A stretch of 64,000 nt of DNA from Oligoflexales bacterium (GCA_041736175.1 JBGSUI010000069.1:22510-86509), one strand, 5' to 3'; positions 30,502 through 41,056 are shown, counted from the first letter of the stretch. Made by a program: numbers and translations. Notes: generated from the letters alone by a model not told the origin.

Positions 30502-31158
30502 TCAGGATGTGAGTTTAGATGCTTTGACCAGGAGCTGTCCCCCAAGATCCCATTGCAGCATCGGGGGCAGAAAGCTTAAGGATTGAAGGGGTGCCTTCAG
30601 GGTTTGGACTTTAAATTGGGTCCGAGCGAGGAGAAAGGCCAAGCTATATTTAGAAAACAGAATGCGGTGTTGAGGATCATGGGCTCCTGACCACCCTTTT
30701 GGATTTCTAAACCGTTCAAGAGATTGGATGTTTGGAGTTGTCATGTAAAGCTGACCCTCTGGAGCTAACAACTGATGACACTGCTCTAGAAAGAGAACCG
30801 GACTTTTGAGGTGTTCAATGATGTCGAACGCAAAGATAAGGTCGAACCTCGAGTGCTTAAGCTCGCCAGGCCACTGAGTGCCGTCGAGGTCGACCTGATA
30901 AAACTCCCAAAGGGAGTTGGCATGCACATCGGGAGGTGGAACCATATCGACACCTGCAGCGTTGCGGGCTCCTTGCCTGGCTGCAAGTTGGGGGAAGTAG
31001 CCGGAGCCACAACCAAGGTCCAGTAGACGGACCCCTGTGAACCCCTGAAAATCTAGAGTGCGAAGCCACTGTTCATGGACAATATCTGAGGGGCGCGGCT
31101 TGATAGGTTCGGGCGATCTAATGTTAGGGATGGAATTTTGTAGCAAAGGATACTCCAT
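30502..31158 (-). CDS. Class I SAM-dependent methyltransferase
   Basis: LLDLGCGSG, FDIIEHL, MTTPN; start uncertain. Confidence 0.85.
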   Translation of the reverse strand: MEYPLLQNSIPNIRSPEPIKPRPSDIVHEQWLRTLDFQGFTGVRLLDLGCGSGYFPQLAARQGARNAAGVDMVPPPDVHANSLWEFYQVDLDGTQWPGELKHSRFDLIFAFDIIEHLKSPVLFLEQCHQLLAPEGQLYMTTPNIQSLERFRNPKGWSGAHDPQHRILFSKYSLAFLLARTQFKVQTLKAPLQSLSFLPPMLQWDLGGQLLVKASKLTS

Positions 31159-31349
31159 AGGGGATCGGATTAAAATGGATCTGGTTTTCGTAAAAACCCG
31201 TAGACTCATGCCCAAGAAGCATTTATCATCCAGAGTTTTCTGGGTTTTACCGTTTATCATGGGCATAATTCCGCAGGTGAACATTAGACGCAACAAGAAA
31301 ACGCGCATTGGGTAAGCCCATCGCCCAATGTTTGAAAGGTTAATATCTC

Positions 31350-32741
31350 GTGTCGACTCAAGCTTCGCTTACGATCGCTCTCCATGCCGATCATTTAGTC
31401 ACGATGGATAGCCAGCGTCGGGAAATACCTGATGGTGGTCTTGTGACCAAAGACGGTGTTATTCGTTGGGTTGGCCCAAGTTCAGACCTACCTGTGATCT
31501 ATCGTCAGGCAATCGACGAGGGTCAGGCTGTCGTTTTACCCTGCCAGGGCTCGATCGTAACTCCTGGGCTCATAAACACTCATCACCATATGTATCAAAC
31601 GTTAACCCGAGCCTTGCCTGAAGCGCAAAACGCAGAGTTATTTGGTTGGTTGCAATCTCTCTATCCAATTTGGGCCGGACTCACCCCTGAAATGCTGCGG
31701 GCATCATCCCTTACGGCCATGGCTGAATTAATGCTCTCAGGATGCACGACGTCTAGTGATCACCATTATATCTTTCCTAATGGCTGTCGTTTAGACGATT
31801 CCATCGATGCCGCCCTAACCATTGGGATGCGGTTCCATGCATCCCGGGGTAGCATGAGCGTTGGGCGAAGCCAAGGGGGGCTACCTCCGGATAGCGTCGT
31901 TGAAAACGAAGATGAAATCCTTAAAGATACCCAACGGCTTATTGAGCGTTACCATGATTCTGATGTTTACGCCATGCTGCGCATTGTCGTAGCTCCATGT
32001 TCGCCGTTCTCCGTTTCCCAAAATCTTATGCGGGAATCCTCGCGTTTGGCCCGCCATTTCAGGGTCTCCATGCATACTCATCTCGCCGAAAGTGAAAATG
32101 ATATCCACTATTCTCGCGAAAAATTCGCCATGACACCTGCCCAATATGCAGAGAATCTGGGGTGGGTTGGGCCAGATGTTTGGCATGCCCACTGTGTAAA
32201 ACTTGACCAGGAAGGAATGCAACTTTTTGCCCGCACCGGAACGGGAGTCGCCCACTGCCCTAGTTCAAACATGCGGCTGGCTTCAGGTATTGCTCCCATC
32301 CAAAAAATGCGGCAGCACGGAGTCGCTGTTGGTCTTGGTGTCGATGGGAGTGCCTCCAACGACAGTTCGCACATGCTGGCCGAAGTTCGTCAAGCAATGC
32401 TCTTGCAACGGGTTGGCTACGGTCCCTCAGCCATGAGCGCTAGAGAAGCCCTAGAACTCGCGACTCTTGGAGGTGCTAAAGTCCTCGGGCGCGATGATAT
32501 CGGAGCCTTAGAGGTTGGCAAAGCCGCAGATTTTGTTGCTTTTGATGTACAAGGACTCGGCCACGCTGGTGCAGAGCTTGACCCGGTGGGAGCGTTGGTT
32601 TTTTGCACCCCCGCACCAGCAAAAACAGTCGTCATCAACGGCAAAGTCGTCGTTCAAGATGGAGTTTTGACTCGATTGGACGTCGGCAAGCATGCAGCCC
32701 TGCACCGCCGCCTTGCGCGCCAACTGGTGCAAAAGATCTAA
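31350..32741 (+). CDS. 8-oxoguanine deaminase-like amidohydrolase
   Basis: INTHHHMYQTLTR, SSDHHY, APCSPFSVS, HTHLAE, HCPSSNMRLASG, GVDGSASND. Confidence 0.88.
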   Translation: MSTQASLTIALHADHLVTMDSQRREIPDGGLVTKDGVIRWVGPSSDLPVIYRQAIDEGQAVVLPCQGSIVTPGLINTHHHMYQTLTRALPEAQNAELFGWLQSLYPIWAGLTPEMLRASSLTAMAELMLSGCTTSSDHHYIFPNGCRLDDSIDAALTIGMRFHASRGSMSVGRSQGGLPPDSVVENEDEILKDTQRLIERYHDSDVYAMLRIVVAPCSPFSVSQNLMRESSRLARHFRVSMHTHLAESENDIHYSREKFAMTPAQYAENLGWVGPDVWHAHCVKLDQEGMQLFARTGTGVAHCPSSNMRLASGIAPIQKMRQHGVAVGLGVDGSASNDSSHMLAEVRQAMLLQRVGYGPSAMSAREALELATLGGAKVLGRDDIGALEVGKAADFVAFDVQGLGHAGAELDPVGALVFCTPAPAKTVVINGKVVVQDGVLTRLDVGKHAALHRRLARQLVQKI

Positions 32742-32784
32742 GCGTGCAAAGCTTAACACTCTAAAAAAGGCAAAAATCCTTGTT

Positions 32785-33309
32785 TTAATCTCTAACGAGT
32801 CCAGGTGTTGTCAGGATGACCTCTTTGACCGCGGCATAATACTGCTGATATCCAGTGCAGCGGCAAATATGATCCCCAAGTCCTGCCAATATGGCCTCAT
32901 CGATACCGCTAGCAGAAATGGGATTTTTTTGCAGCTTATCAAGGATGACATAGGCTCCCATCAAAAATCCCGATGTTGAGTACCCGCATTGAAAGGCAAA
33001 GTTTTTTAAGAAGGAGTCTTGCAATGGATGCAGTTTTGTTCCATCGGCTAGACTTTCTGTTGTTTTAATCGAGGCTCCATCCAGGCTGCTGACTGGGGTA
33101 ATGCAGGCACGGGTTGCTTCATAGCTTTTTTCTCCCGCCCTTTTCACCGCGACGGTGCAGGCACGGCAGACACCGATTCCGCAGCAGACTCGGGTCGCTG
33201 TAAGGCCTTTGATTTCATGGAGGTAGTCGGCAAGCATCATCGATAGGTATGCTGTTTCAGAGATTTTAGTGTTGTTGAGTTGAAATGTAACCTTTGTTTG
33301 GTCGCTCAT
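32785..33309 (-). CDS. [2Fe-2S] subunit of a xanthine dehydrogenase-family enzyme
   Basis: CCGIGVCRACTV, FQCGYSTSGF, HICRCTGY. Confidence 0.85.
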   Translation of the reverse strand: MSDQTKVTFQLNNTKISETAYLSMMLADYLHEIKGLTATRVCCGIGVCRACTVAVKRAGEKSYEATRACITPVSSLDGASIKTTESLADGTKLHPLQDSFLKNFAFQCGYSTSGFLMGAYVILDKLQKNPISASGIDEAILAGLGDHICRCTGYQQYYAAVKEVILTTPGLVRD

Positions 33310-36071
33310 CCTAAAGCTCCTTTCACTTTATCGGGACTGATGGGAAGCTCTCGAAACCTTTTACCTGTAGCATGGGCTATAGCATTGGCAATAGCAGGTG
33401 CGACCGCGCATTCGACCACCTCTGACATACCCTTAGGCGGATCATTAGGAATAGGTTCTATCACATGGAGCTTAAAGCGATTTATTGGTATGTCTCCCAT
33501 AAGGGGTACACGATATCGTCCAAAATTCCAACCTCCCTCACCTGGACCACCCTTCGTTAAAGGTAGATTTTCGAATAGGGTTTGGCCTATTCCCATGGCG
33601 AGTGCACCTTGGGCTTGGCCCTCCACGATTTCAAGCTGACCCATTTGACCTACGTCGATATAACCTTCTGCTGCGTCGACTCTTACCACTCCGGTTTCTT
33701 TATTGACCGCCACGCCGACTAAGAGTCCATAGGGCGTGAACATATCAACACCAAACAGATTATTTTTAAATGGAGGCATTTGAACAGTTATCCGATCGAG
33801 CAGGGTATAGCTCGAGTGGTGTGCAAGACGAAGTGCTAATGCATCAATGGGGAGTGTTTCTATGGCGTTACCAATCCTGAACGAGGCCTCTGCCCACTGG
33901 GAGCGATAATAGGCGTGGACCATAGCACCAGACACCATTTTCTGTTTATATAAATTTTCAACAAGAGCCTGCCAGCCAATTCTACGCTCAGAATCAATCC
34001 ATATTTCGCCTTGTTTCCACTTTATGCGTTTTATATCAAATGTACGATTGCCGATATTTGCTAGGTTACAGGCCGCAGGCCAAACACCATGACGAAGGAC
34101 GAGGGTAGCTGCTTGGCGAACAGCATGACGCATTTGGTAGGCACCCGCACTTGCTGCCTGAGACATAGAAAGATAGGGGACCCAGCGGGGATTTTTGGCT
34201 TTGGAATCTTCAGCGGCCTGGCTAGATTCGAAAGACGACGTCAGCCGCAAGGACTCAAAGTCCTCAGTGACTCCCATCAAGATTCGATCTGCATTGCGAC
34301 CAAAAAGGTCTGCAACGGCCAGTGATAGGGTGGTCGCAACCCCATTGCCCATATCGATCCCATTGCTTTTCACGAGGACACGGCCATCTGCAGCTATTTC
34401 GACAGCTGCAAGACAGGCATCCAGATTGGTTCCATAACTTTTCAGCGCCAAGGCAAAACCAACACCATACATATTTTTTGAGTCCGACTTGGTTTTTTTG
34501 GATAACTCCCGTTCCACCCAAAATTTGGATGTTTGGGCAGCGCGGAGTACCTTCTCGCTTTGGATAACATAGGTCGGCTTGCCTCCCATGGTGGTATTTT
34601 GGAAGTTATTGAGCAGGTTTATAAGTCGTAGCTCAATCGGATCTAGCTTAAGCTTATATGCGGCTTGGTCTACTAAACTCTCCAAAGCAAACATGGCCTG
34701 GAGCGTGCCAAAGCCGCGCATAGACCCTGCTGTTACGGCGATTGACGAGAGGGCTTGGGACTGGATATCAACCCTCGGAATGTAGTAGGCAGCGGTGGCA
34801 TTTTGGGCAGCAACTGCCTGCACCGCAAAACTAAAGTTGTTTTGCCCTCCACCGTCCAGTTGAATATCTGTCTTTAATGCCTGGATCATACCATCGTTGT
34901 CGACCGCTATCTTTTCCTGAATCCGAGCTGGGTGACGCTTGATACCCGCCTGAAACTGTTCAAATCGATTGTAAACGATCCGAATGGGTTTACCATCCCC
35001 ATAGACTGCTGCGATAGCAAGATAGAGAGGGAAATCAGAATGATCTCGTCCGCCAAAACCCCCTCCCGGATAACAAGCGTTTAACTTGACCGTTTGGACA
35101 CGAAAAGAGCTGGTTTTATCTGCAAAAATCGTGGCACAGGCATCAGCATCTTCGTAGGGCGACTGGGTGCCAAGAGTGAGATGCAGCGTGTTTTTCTTTT
35201 TTTCGAACCAGGCTATGCCACTTTCACTTTCCATAAAGCATGGGTCGACCGATTGGGTTACGTAAGATTCACTGAAGATATGCCAACCTTGATTCTGCAT
35301 TTCCTGTTCAATAAGGTTGCCGTAGTAAACACAACGAGCATTGGTAGACCCTTTTGGATCGGGAGCCTCCCATGGTGGGGAACTCATGCCATCTTGGGCT
35401 ACTGAAAAGAGGTCTTTAGTAGGAGATTCTCGGTAGCGCGTCAATCGAGTCATTCCGTAGGAGGTTGGTTGACCTAGACTCGCTGTTGATCCCAATTGAA
35501 CATAAGAACTAAGATCAAAAAATTTTGGTTCGATTGCAAGTAAAGCCAAGTAATCTTTGTTTCTGATAAAAGCGAGAGCCACAGGCTGTCCCAAATAATC
35601 AGGACGCCCGCCAGGAACCGCCATCATGATGCGGCCAAAATAAAACGGGATCTTAAGATGGTCTCGCACAAAATCCTGATGAGTGACAACTTTGAATACC
35701 TTAAGATCCTTTTCTAGTTTTGCGACATCAACCCCTAAAAAAATCCGATCTGCCGCATGGGCCCGCAGGACTAAAACACGGACTTCATCAGTCGGCCATC
35801 CCTGCATATCTGCCGCATGAAAATCTCTGCCATATATCTTGCGACCGGAGACTTTGGCTAGACCATCGTAGCGATGTCGTGCCTTGCCTGGACCAGCACT
35901 CCATGCCGGTCCGGGATCTAAAATCTGATTTTTTTTATCATAGTCGGTTTGCTCCTTGGCTTCAGCATCGCCCTGGGCCAAGTACTTGACCATCAAGGTT
36001 GCTGAAGCTAGCCCCGAACTGATGCCAATAAAGGTCCGACGGTTCTGTTTGTAGGCGTCCATCAGGTTCAT
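33306..36071 (-). CDS. Xanthine dehydrogenase-family molybdopterin-binding subunit with Tat signal
   Basis: NRRTFIG, GGGFGGRD, SMRGFG, DMGNG, GQAQG, PKGMSE. Confidence 0.85.
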   Translation of the reverse strand: MNLMDAYKQNRRTFIGISSGLASATLMVKYLAQGDAEAKEQTDYDKKNQILDPGPAWSAGPGKARHRYDGLAKVSGRKIYGRDFHAADMQGWPTDEVRVLVLRAHAADRIFLGVDVAKLEKDLKVFKVVTHQDFVRDHLKIPFYFGRIMMAVPGGRPDYLGQPVALAFIRNKDYLALLAIEPKFFDLSSYVQLGSTASLGQPTSYGMTRLTRYRESPTKDLFSVAQDGMSSPPWEAPDPKGSTNARCVYYGNLIEQEMQNQGWHIFSESYVTQSVDPCFMESESGIAWFEKKKNTLHLTLGTQSPYEDADACATIFADKTSSFRVQTVKLNACYPGGGFGGRDHSDFPLYLAIAAVYGDGKPIRIVYNRFEQFQAGIKRHPARIQEKIAVDNDGMIQALKTDIQLDGGGQNNFSFAVQAVAAQNATAAYYIPRVDIQSQALSSIAVTAGSMRGFGTLQAMFALESLVDQAAYKLKLDPIELRLINLLNNFQNTTMGGKPTYVIQSEKVLRAAQTSKFWVERELSKKTKSDSKNMYGVGFALALKSYGTNLDACLAAVEIAADGRVLVKSNGIDMGNGVATTLSLAVADLFGRNADRILMGVTEDFESLRLTSSFESSQAAEDSKAKNPRWVPYLSMSQAASAGAYQMRHAVRQAATLVLRHGVWPAACNLANIGNRTFDIKRIKWKQGEIWIDSERRIGWQALVENLYKQKMVSGAMVHAYYRSQWAEASFRIGNAIETLPIDALALRLAHHSSYTLLDRITVQMPPFKNNLFGVDMFTPYGLLVGVAVNKETGVVRVDAAEGYIDVGQMGQLEIVEGQAQGALAMGIGQTLFENLPLTKGGPGEGGWNFGRYRVPLMGDIPINRFKLHVIEPIPNDPPKGMSEVVECAVAPAIANAIAHATGKRFRELPISPDKVKGALG

Positions 36072-36133
36072 TTTAATCCCTTTTTAAAAATCACATCTTG
36101 CGTTTGTTCACCGGGGCAAGAAATAATTTACTC

Positions 36134-37543
36134 CTAAAGTATGCTCAAGCCATCGACAATGCGAATGTCCACAGCTTTATAGCCGAGCTGTTCCAGCAAG
36201 GGCTGCACCTTAGCCTTGTCGCCCATCACATAGATAGAAGCCCCGGAAAGATTGAAGTAGGTGGCTCCCATCTGGGTGATCAGCGTTTCGGAAGCCTTCA
36301 TAATCCACTGGTCCATTGTCTCTTGAAAATTCAAATCACGGTTAAAGGTTTTAGCGGCAAGAGCATCCGATAGGCGATCGGAGGGCAGCTCGCGACCTTC
36401 GCGCCACTGGGTCAGCATGTCGCTTTTTACCAGATCTGCAGTCGCTTGGTCGACCTTGACTTGGGCCTGGGCTTTAACCACCTCCTGGATGCCAGCCATA
36501 AGATCACGGAGCTTGTCGGTCGAGGCGAAAGAAGCCACCGACCAGTAACCTAAATCCTCGTTGACTCCCGAACCGACCCCATAGGTGAGCCCGCGCTCCT
36601 CCCGTAGGACTCTAAAAAGCGACCCCTGCATACCACCACCGAGGAGCTTGTTGGCAAGTTCAAGGGCAATCTGATCGTTGTTGTCCTTGGGAATCTTGCG
36701 ACGCATAAGATAGAGCACCTGATTGTCAGTGGCTCCGGCACGATGTACCAATACGACTTTCTGAGGGCCCTGAGATTTGGACTCTTGGCTTGGGGGCGAA
36801 AAGGAGCGTTTTGCGCTTGTTTGACTGAGAAACCCCTCTCTTGCAAGCCTTGTATCCAGGATTTTCTGCCAGGTTCTAGGGTCCGATGGTCCAACAGCAA
36901 CCGTGACCAAGTAACGGGCATCAAAAAGTATCGGAAGGGCTGCTTCGACCTTTTTGAAATCGACGTTTTTGAGACTCAAACGGGAAGGTGTTCCGTCGAG
37001 AACATCGGGGTGATAATTGAAAGCATCCCTCACAGCCACATAGCGCAGCGTCGACCCCATATCGTCCTCCCGCTGTGCCAAGTTCGCTTCAACCTTGGCC
37101 CGTGCTAGCTGGTAGGTCTCCTGATCAAATTTGGGTTTTTTAAGGGTCTTAAGGGCCAGAACAAGGACATCGTCCAATCGATCATGGGGGGCGATGATGG
37201 AGGCTGATGCCAGACGGGCGCTCGTGGAGTAATGGATCTCGCCGCCTAAGAGAAAAAGCTCTTTTCGATAAGCTTCACTCGCCATCCCAGCCGGGCCTTC
37301 ATCAAGTATGGCAGTGAGAATCTGACCTGCTCCCTGCTCTTCTTTGGGAAGGAGGCCGTTTCCTCCCTGAAAGGTGATCATCAAAAAGTCCCGGGGGGAT
37401 CTTTTGTCCTGTTCCCCTATTAGATCTGCTCCATTTTTGAGTTTGAGGGTTGCAGCCTTTAAGAAAGGTCCGACTAGGACGGAGGCTAAGACTCCATAGA
37501 ACAGACTTTTGATTAGGAGTTTGCAAGGCGAACTTTGGGTCAT
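36134..37543 (-). CDS. M16 peptidase, non-catalytic partner subunit
   Basis: LGGGMQGSLFRVLREERGLTYG; no HxxEH. Confidence 0.82.
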   Translation of the reverse strand: MTQSSPCKLLIKSLFYGVLASVLVGPFLKAATLKLKNGADLIGEQDKRSPRDFLMITFQGGNGLLPKEEQGAGQILTAILDEGPAGMASEAYRKELFLLGGEIHYSTSARLASASIIAPHDRLDDVLVLALKTLKKPKFDQETYQLARAKVEANLAQREDDMGSTLRYVAVRDAFNYHPDVLDGTPSRLSLKNVDFKKVEAALPILFDARYLVTVAVGPSDPRTWQKILDTRLAREGFLSQTSAKRSFSPPSQESKSQGPQKVVLVHRAGATDNQVLYLMRRKIPKDNNDQIALELANKLLGGGMQGSLFRVLREERGLTYGVGSGVNEDLGYWSVASFASTDKLRDLMAGIQEVVKAQAQVKVDQATADLVKSDMLTQWREGRELPSDRLSDALAAKTFNRDLNFQETMDQWIMKASETLITQMGATYFNLSGASIYVMGDKAKVQPLLEQLGYKAVDIRIVDGLSIL

Positions 37544-38943
37544 GGCTTGGCGCTCCCTTTCACTGGAACGGTGGATTTTTTGCTGTTATTGTCGTTCATG
37601 CTCTCTTTATTGTGCACTGCAATCAGATTGTTCTTGTCGAGAAGTTTTCGAAGATAGGCGACCATTTCGACCTGCGGGATCTTAGGTCTTTGGTTCAGGG
37701 CTCGGGCAAGCGCCCCAAGGTTGCCGTATTTGCCCCAATAGAGTGCCAGTTCTTCATTGAGGGATGCGTTGCGCAACACTTTTTCCGCTAGACCAATGTG
37801 ATATTCTGCTAGGTAGGCTGCATATTCTTCCGCAGATAGTTTGGCAACATCATCGGGGAGGTGTGCGAACTGCTCGATCACAGCCCCATAAGTGCTCATA
37901 GGCTTCAGCTCGACTAAAAACTGCGAAAGTCCAAAATCATACTCGGTATTAAAGCTACTGACATCAGTTGCTAGCTTTTCAGCATAAACAAGTCGATTTT
38001 TGCTTAGACTGTTATTGGAATCCCCAATGATATGGTCGGCTAGTGTGAACAGAGTGAAATTCTCCGCTGTCAGCGGCTCCAGTCGATAACCCAGGAGTAG
38101 GTTTTTGGACAAGGCGCTCAAGCGCCCTTCGGCCAAAATCATACCTTTATTCGCGAAGGGTTGAGGGACTGGCGGGGGTTCGCCGCGGCTCCAATCGCTG
38201 TAGTAGGTGGCAATCCAGGGTCGAATCTGGTTAATGTCAAAATCTCCAGCCACAAAAAGTCCGACGTTGTTAGGCTTATAGTACTTTTGAAAAAACTCGT
38301 TGCAATCTTTGGCCGTGATTTTGTCCAGGTCCTCCCGAGCCCCCATAATCGTCGAGCCGTAGGGATGCCCAGGAAACCCCTTTTGGTAAAGGGTAAACCA
38401 GAGATCCATCATGGGCTTGGAATCTATTCCCATCGAGTACTCGGAGCGGACCGCTTCTCTCTCAACTTTGAGGAGTTCGTCGGTAACCTGGAGTTTTTTG
38501 AAACGATCGCTCTCGATCTTTAGAGCATCTTTGAGTTTGCCGTTAGATACGGTCGTGGTGTAGACAGTTGCTCCATAACGGGTGTTGGCGTTTACGTCAC
38601 CACCCAAAGGTCTTACCAACGTGTCGAAGTTGGGGGTATCTTTGGACAGGGGTCGAAACATCATATGTTCAAACAAATGAGCGATCCCCGTTATACCTGG
38701 CTTTTCTTGCAAGCTACCAACCTTGACCCAGTGGTAAATCGACGTGGTCGGGGCGTTGGGGTTTGGAGTCAGGACTACGGTGAGTCCGTTGGGGAGCTGG
38801 TACTGGTAGGTTTTCAGGTCGCCCTGTATCGCTAGGACCGTCTCTTGGGGGAGTGTTTCGTTTGGAGCCTTTTTGGACGCAGCCGCCCCTAGTGTAACTG
38901 ACAGAAACACCAGGGCAAAAGTTGGGAAGATCACAAATCTCAT
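37540..38943 (-). CDS. M16 zinc peptidase, catalytic subunit
   Basis: LPNGL, GIAHLFEHMMF, NANT, EREAVRSE, HPY; signal peptide. Confidence 0.9.
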   Translation of the reverse strand: MRFVIFPTFALVFLSVTLGAAASKKAPNETLPQETVLAIQGDLKTYQYQLPNGLTVVLTPNPNAPTTSIYHWVKVGSLQEKPGITGIAHLFEHMMFRPLSKDTPNFDTLVRPLGGDVNANTRYGATVYTTTVSNGKLKDALKIESDRFKKLQVTDELLKVEREAVRSEYSMGIDSKPMMDLWFTLYQKGFPGHPYGSTIMGAREDLDKITAKDCNEFFQKYYKPNNVGLFVAGDFDINQIRPWIATYYSDWSRGEPPPVPQPFANKGMILAEGRLSALSKNLLLGYRLEPLTAENFTLFTLADHIIGDSNNSLSKNRLVYAEKLATDVSSFNTEYDFGLSQFLVELKPMSTYGAVIEQFAHLPDDVAKLSAEEYAAYLAEYHIGLAEKVLRNASLNEELALYWGKYGNLGALARALNQRPKIPQVEMVAYLRKLLDKNNLIAVHNKESMNDNNSKKSTVPVKGSAKP

Positions 38944-39269
38944 TTTTAATTCCATTATATGGTTTGCCAACGACAAATTCAGACTAGCTGGGAGGCGGAT
39001 GATAAGCAAGTCCATCTGAGGGGGGGAGCTTGTCTCCGGATTACGTTAATGGCCTGGGCTTTCGGATTTCGGTGTTTGGTGCGAAAACGGTGAGAAGGAG
39101 CTCCTGATTGCTCCAGGCACAATCTTTAGATTTCTCGATCGGCGGGTTGAAGGCAAGACCATTATAATCGAAAAGCAGCAGCTGCAGTGATTTAGAATTT
39201 GCATTTTAGTCATAGGATCTTTACGGTCTTTTGGATCGAATCAGCTCTGCATCATCGCCCCAACTTTAA

Positions 39270-39569
39270 GACACGCCCAACCCGAAAGATTTGACGAGCT
39301 AGGCAACGGTCTCGGCCTTGAGCGTAAATTCTGGTCCGAGTACTTGCAAAAAAAAGGTCGGCTCCGAGCCGAAGCTCTATCTGCTTGCTGTTAGCCTAGA
39401 TTACGCCGAAGCAATCAACCACGAGGCCCTCCACGCTCTTTTCTACTCTAATCCCAAAATGCAACAGCTGGTTTTAGAGTTTTGGTTGAAAGAGCTGACC
39501 CTCGCCGAGAACTCCAAGAGTTTCAGGCCTATGTACTTATGCAAAGGTCGACGATTTGTAGTTTGCTAA
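39270..39569 (+). pseudogene. Fragmented HExxH metalloprotein remnant
   Basis: HEALHALF in one frame, ERKFWSEYLQKK upstream across an A8 run, EFQAYVLMQ downstream in a shifted frame. Confidence 0.4.
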
Positions 39570-39584
39570 CTTCGAAAAATGGAT

Positions 39585-40136
39585 CTAATCGATTCGGAAG
39601 GAATTGCTGTACGGGCGCCAAGCCTTGATGACCTCTATGGCCTCGTCTTGGTTGAGCTCGCCCTTGGCCACTGCTTGGTACACTAGGGCCTCCACCACGC
39701 TTTTGGCACGGGCTACTTTTTTGACGAGGGGCCAGAGATTGCGAGGGCTATTGTCGCCCCCGATACTGAGCGGGATATAATGGTCGATCTCATAAAGATG
39801 CAGCTCATCAATAGACACTCCATAGGATGCGCCGACAGCTATTTTTTCTCTACGGGATACGTTGCGCCGGCAGTGGGCGATCTGGGATGGATACCGATAA
39901 CCATCGAAGTCTTTGTCGTCAGGAGTACAGAGTTCCCCAGGGGTAAGATCTGGTGGAGGAGGGAACCCTTGGAGGGCGTCACCTGCGTACTGTCTGGGTG
40001 ACGGGCTGGTTTGACCTAACTCCATAGATGTTTGATTCGTCAGCCGGGGGATGGGGTGGGGAGTCGTTGCCGATGAACAGGTTAAAGAGAAGACAAGACC
40101 AAAAACTCCGCTCGTCAAGGCTATTCTTTTGATCAC
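39585..40136 (-). CDS. Exported HNH-type nuclease-like protein
   Basis: YEIDHYIPLSIGGDNSPRNLWP; leader ending LTC. Confidence 0.7.
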   Translation of the reverse strand: MIKRIALTSGVFGLVFSLTCSSATTPHPIPRLTNQTSMELGQTSPSPRQYAGDALQGFPPPPDLTPGELCTPDDKDFDGYRYPSQIAHCRRNVSRREKIAVGASYGVSIDELHLYEIDHYIPLSIGGDNSPRNLWPLVKKVARAKSVVEALVYQAVAKGELNQDEAIEVIKAWRPYSNSFRID

Positions 40137-40310
40137 AGGAAAACCCCTAGGCTTTATAAAATTGAAATTATTTATAAAGAATAGCCTACCGAGGGCTTGT
40201 TAAGCGACGAGAAAATCCGGGTTAATTTTTAATTGCGCTAGGTGCCAAAAGTGGTCAAAATTGAAAGTCGTCCGACAACCACTTCTCCACCTGATCCCTG
40301 ATAGGTATTG

Positions 40311-40631
40311 TCATACCAGTGGCGCTGCAGTCTTTTTCTTGGTTGTCTTGGTAACGATTGCGTCAATTTCCAGCTTTTTTTTGACGACAATCAGATCGTA
40401 CTCGGCCTGCATCCTAACCCACATTTCGGGTGTAGTATTAAAGAATTCGGCGAGCTGCAGAGCAAATTCGGGTGTAATGGCACGTTTACCGTTCACGATC
40501 TCGTTGATCTTACGCGCTTGACATCCCAGATGTTTGGCTAAGGTCGACTGGTTCAGGACTCGGTCTTTCATATAAATTTCAGCGAGGACTTCGCCTGGGT
40601 GCAATATATGGTTTGGTGTCTTGATGGGCAT
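40311..40631 (-). CDS. higA: HigA family antitoxin
   Basis: HPGEVL, INEIVNGKRAITPEFALQL, TTPEMWVRMQAEYDL. Confidence 0.92.
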   Translation of the reverse strand: MPIKTPNHILHPGEVLAEIYMKDRVLNQSTLAKHLGCQARKINEIVNGKRAITPEFALQLAEFFNTTPEMWVRMQAEYDLIVVKKKLEIDAIVTKTTKKKTAAPLV

Positions 40632-40644
40632 AAGAATTCCTTTT

Positions 40645-40959
40645 TCAACTATGGTAATTTACTATCTCAACGTCATGAAAAACATTATTTTTCCAGAGAA
40701 AAACAATACGCCATCCGCTGATCTTGTTGATGTCGATGGCAGTCTGACCTTTTCGATCACCCTTCAAAGAGTGCACCCTGATATGAGGTGGATGCGCTTT
40801 AGATTCCAAGTCATTGAGAGAATTAGTTGCATTCATTATCTGAAGCAAAGCTTTGGCCCTCTTACAGTGCTCTTTATCAGGCAGTTTATTTGAGGTACCA
40901 TTATTCCAGATATCTTCTGCTATTTTGCCGCTACCGCCGGTTCGGAAGTTTTCAATCAG
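40645..40959 (-). CDS. higB: HigB (RelE/ParE superfamily) toxin, probable CTG start
   Basis: HSLKGDRKGQTAIDIN, WRIVFLW, VEIVNYH; toxin-first order; SD GGGAGG before CTG. Confidence 0.85.
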   Translation of the reverse strand: MIENFRTGGSGKIAEDIWNNGTSNKLPDKEHCKRAKALLQIMNATNSLNDLESKAHPPHIRVHSLKGDRKGQTAIDINKISGWRIVFLWKNNVFHDVEIVNYHS

Positions 40960-40978
40960 GATACTACCCTCCCAAATT

Positions 40979-41007
40979 GTTATACCACTATTCGGTATAA
41001 TGGTCAA
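40979..41007 (-). promoter_or_regulatory. sigma70 promoter of higBA with embedded operator palindrome
   Basis: TTGACC-17bp-TATAAC; palindrome TTATACC-N7-GGTATAA at 40980-41000. Confidence 0.75.
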
Positions 41008-41056
41008 AAAACTTTAATATCAAAATTAACCAATTGTTTTCTTTGAATAAATAAAT

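Noticed and set aside
40960..41007. TTG-started N-terminal extension of HigB
   Set aside because: It coincides with the sigma70 promoter/operator; the SD and family N-terminus point to CTG at 40959.
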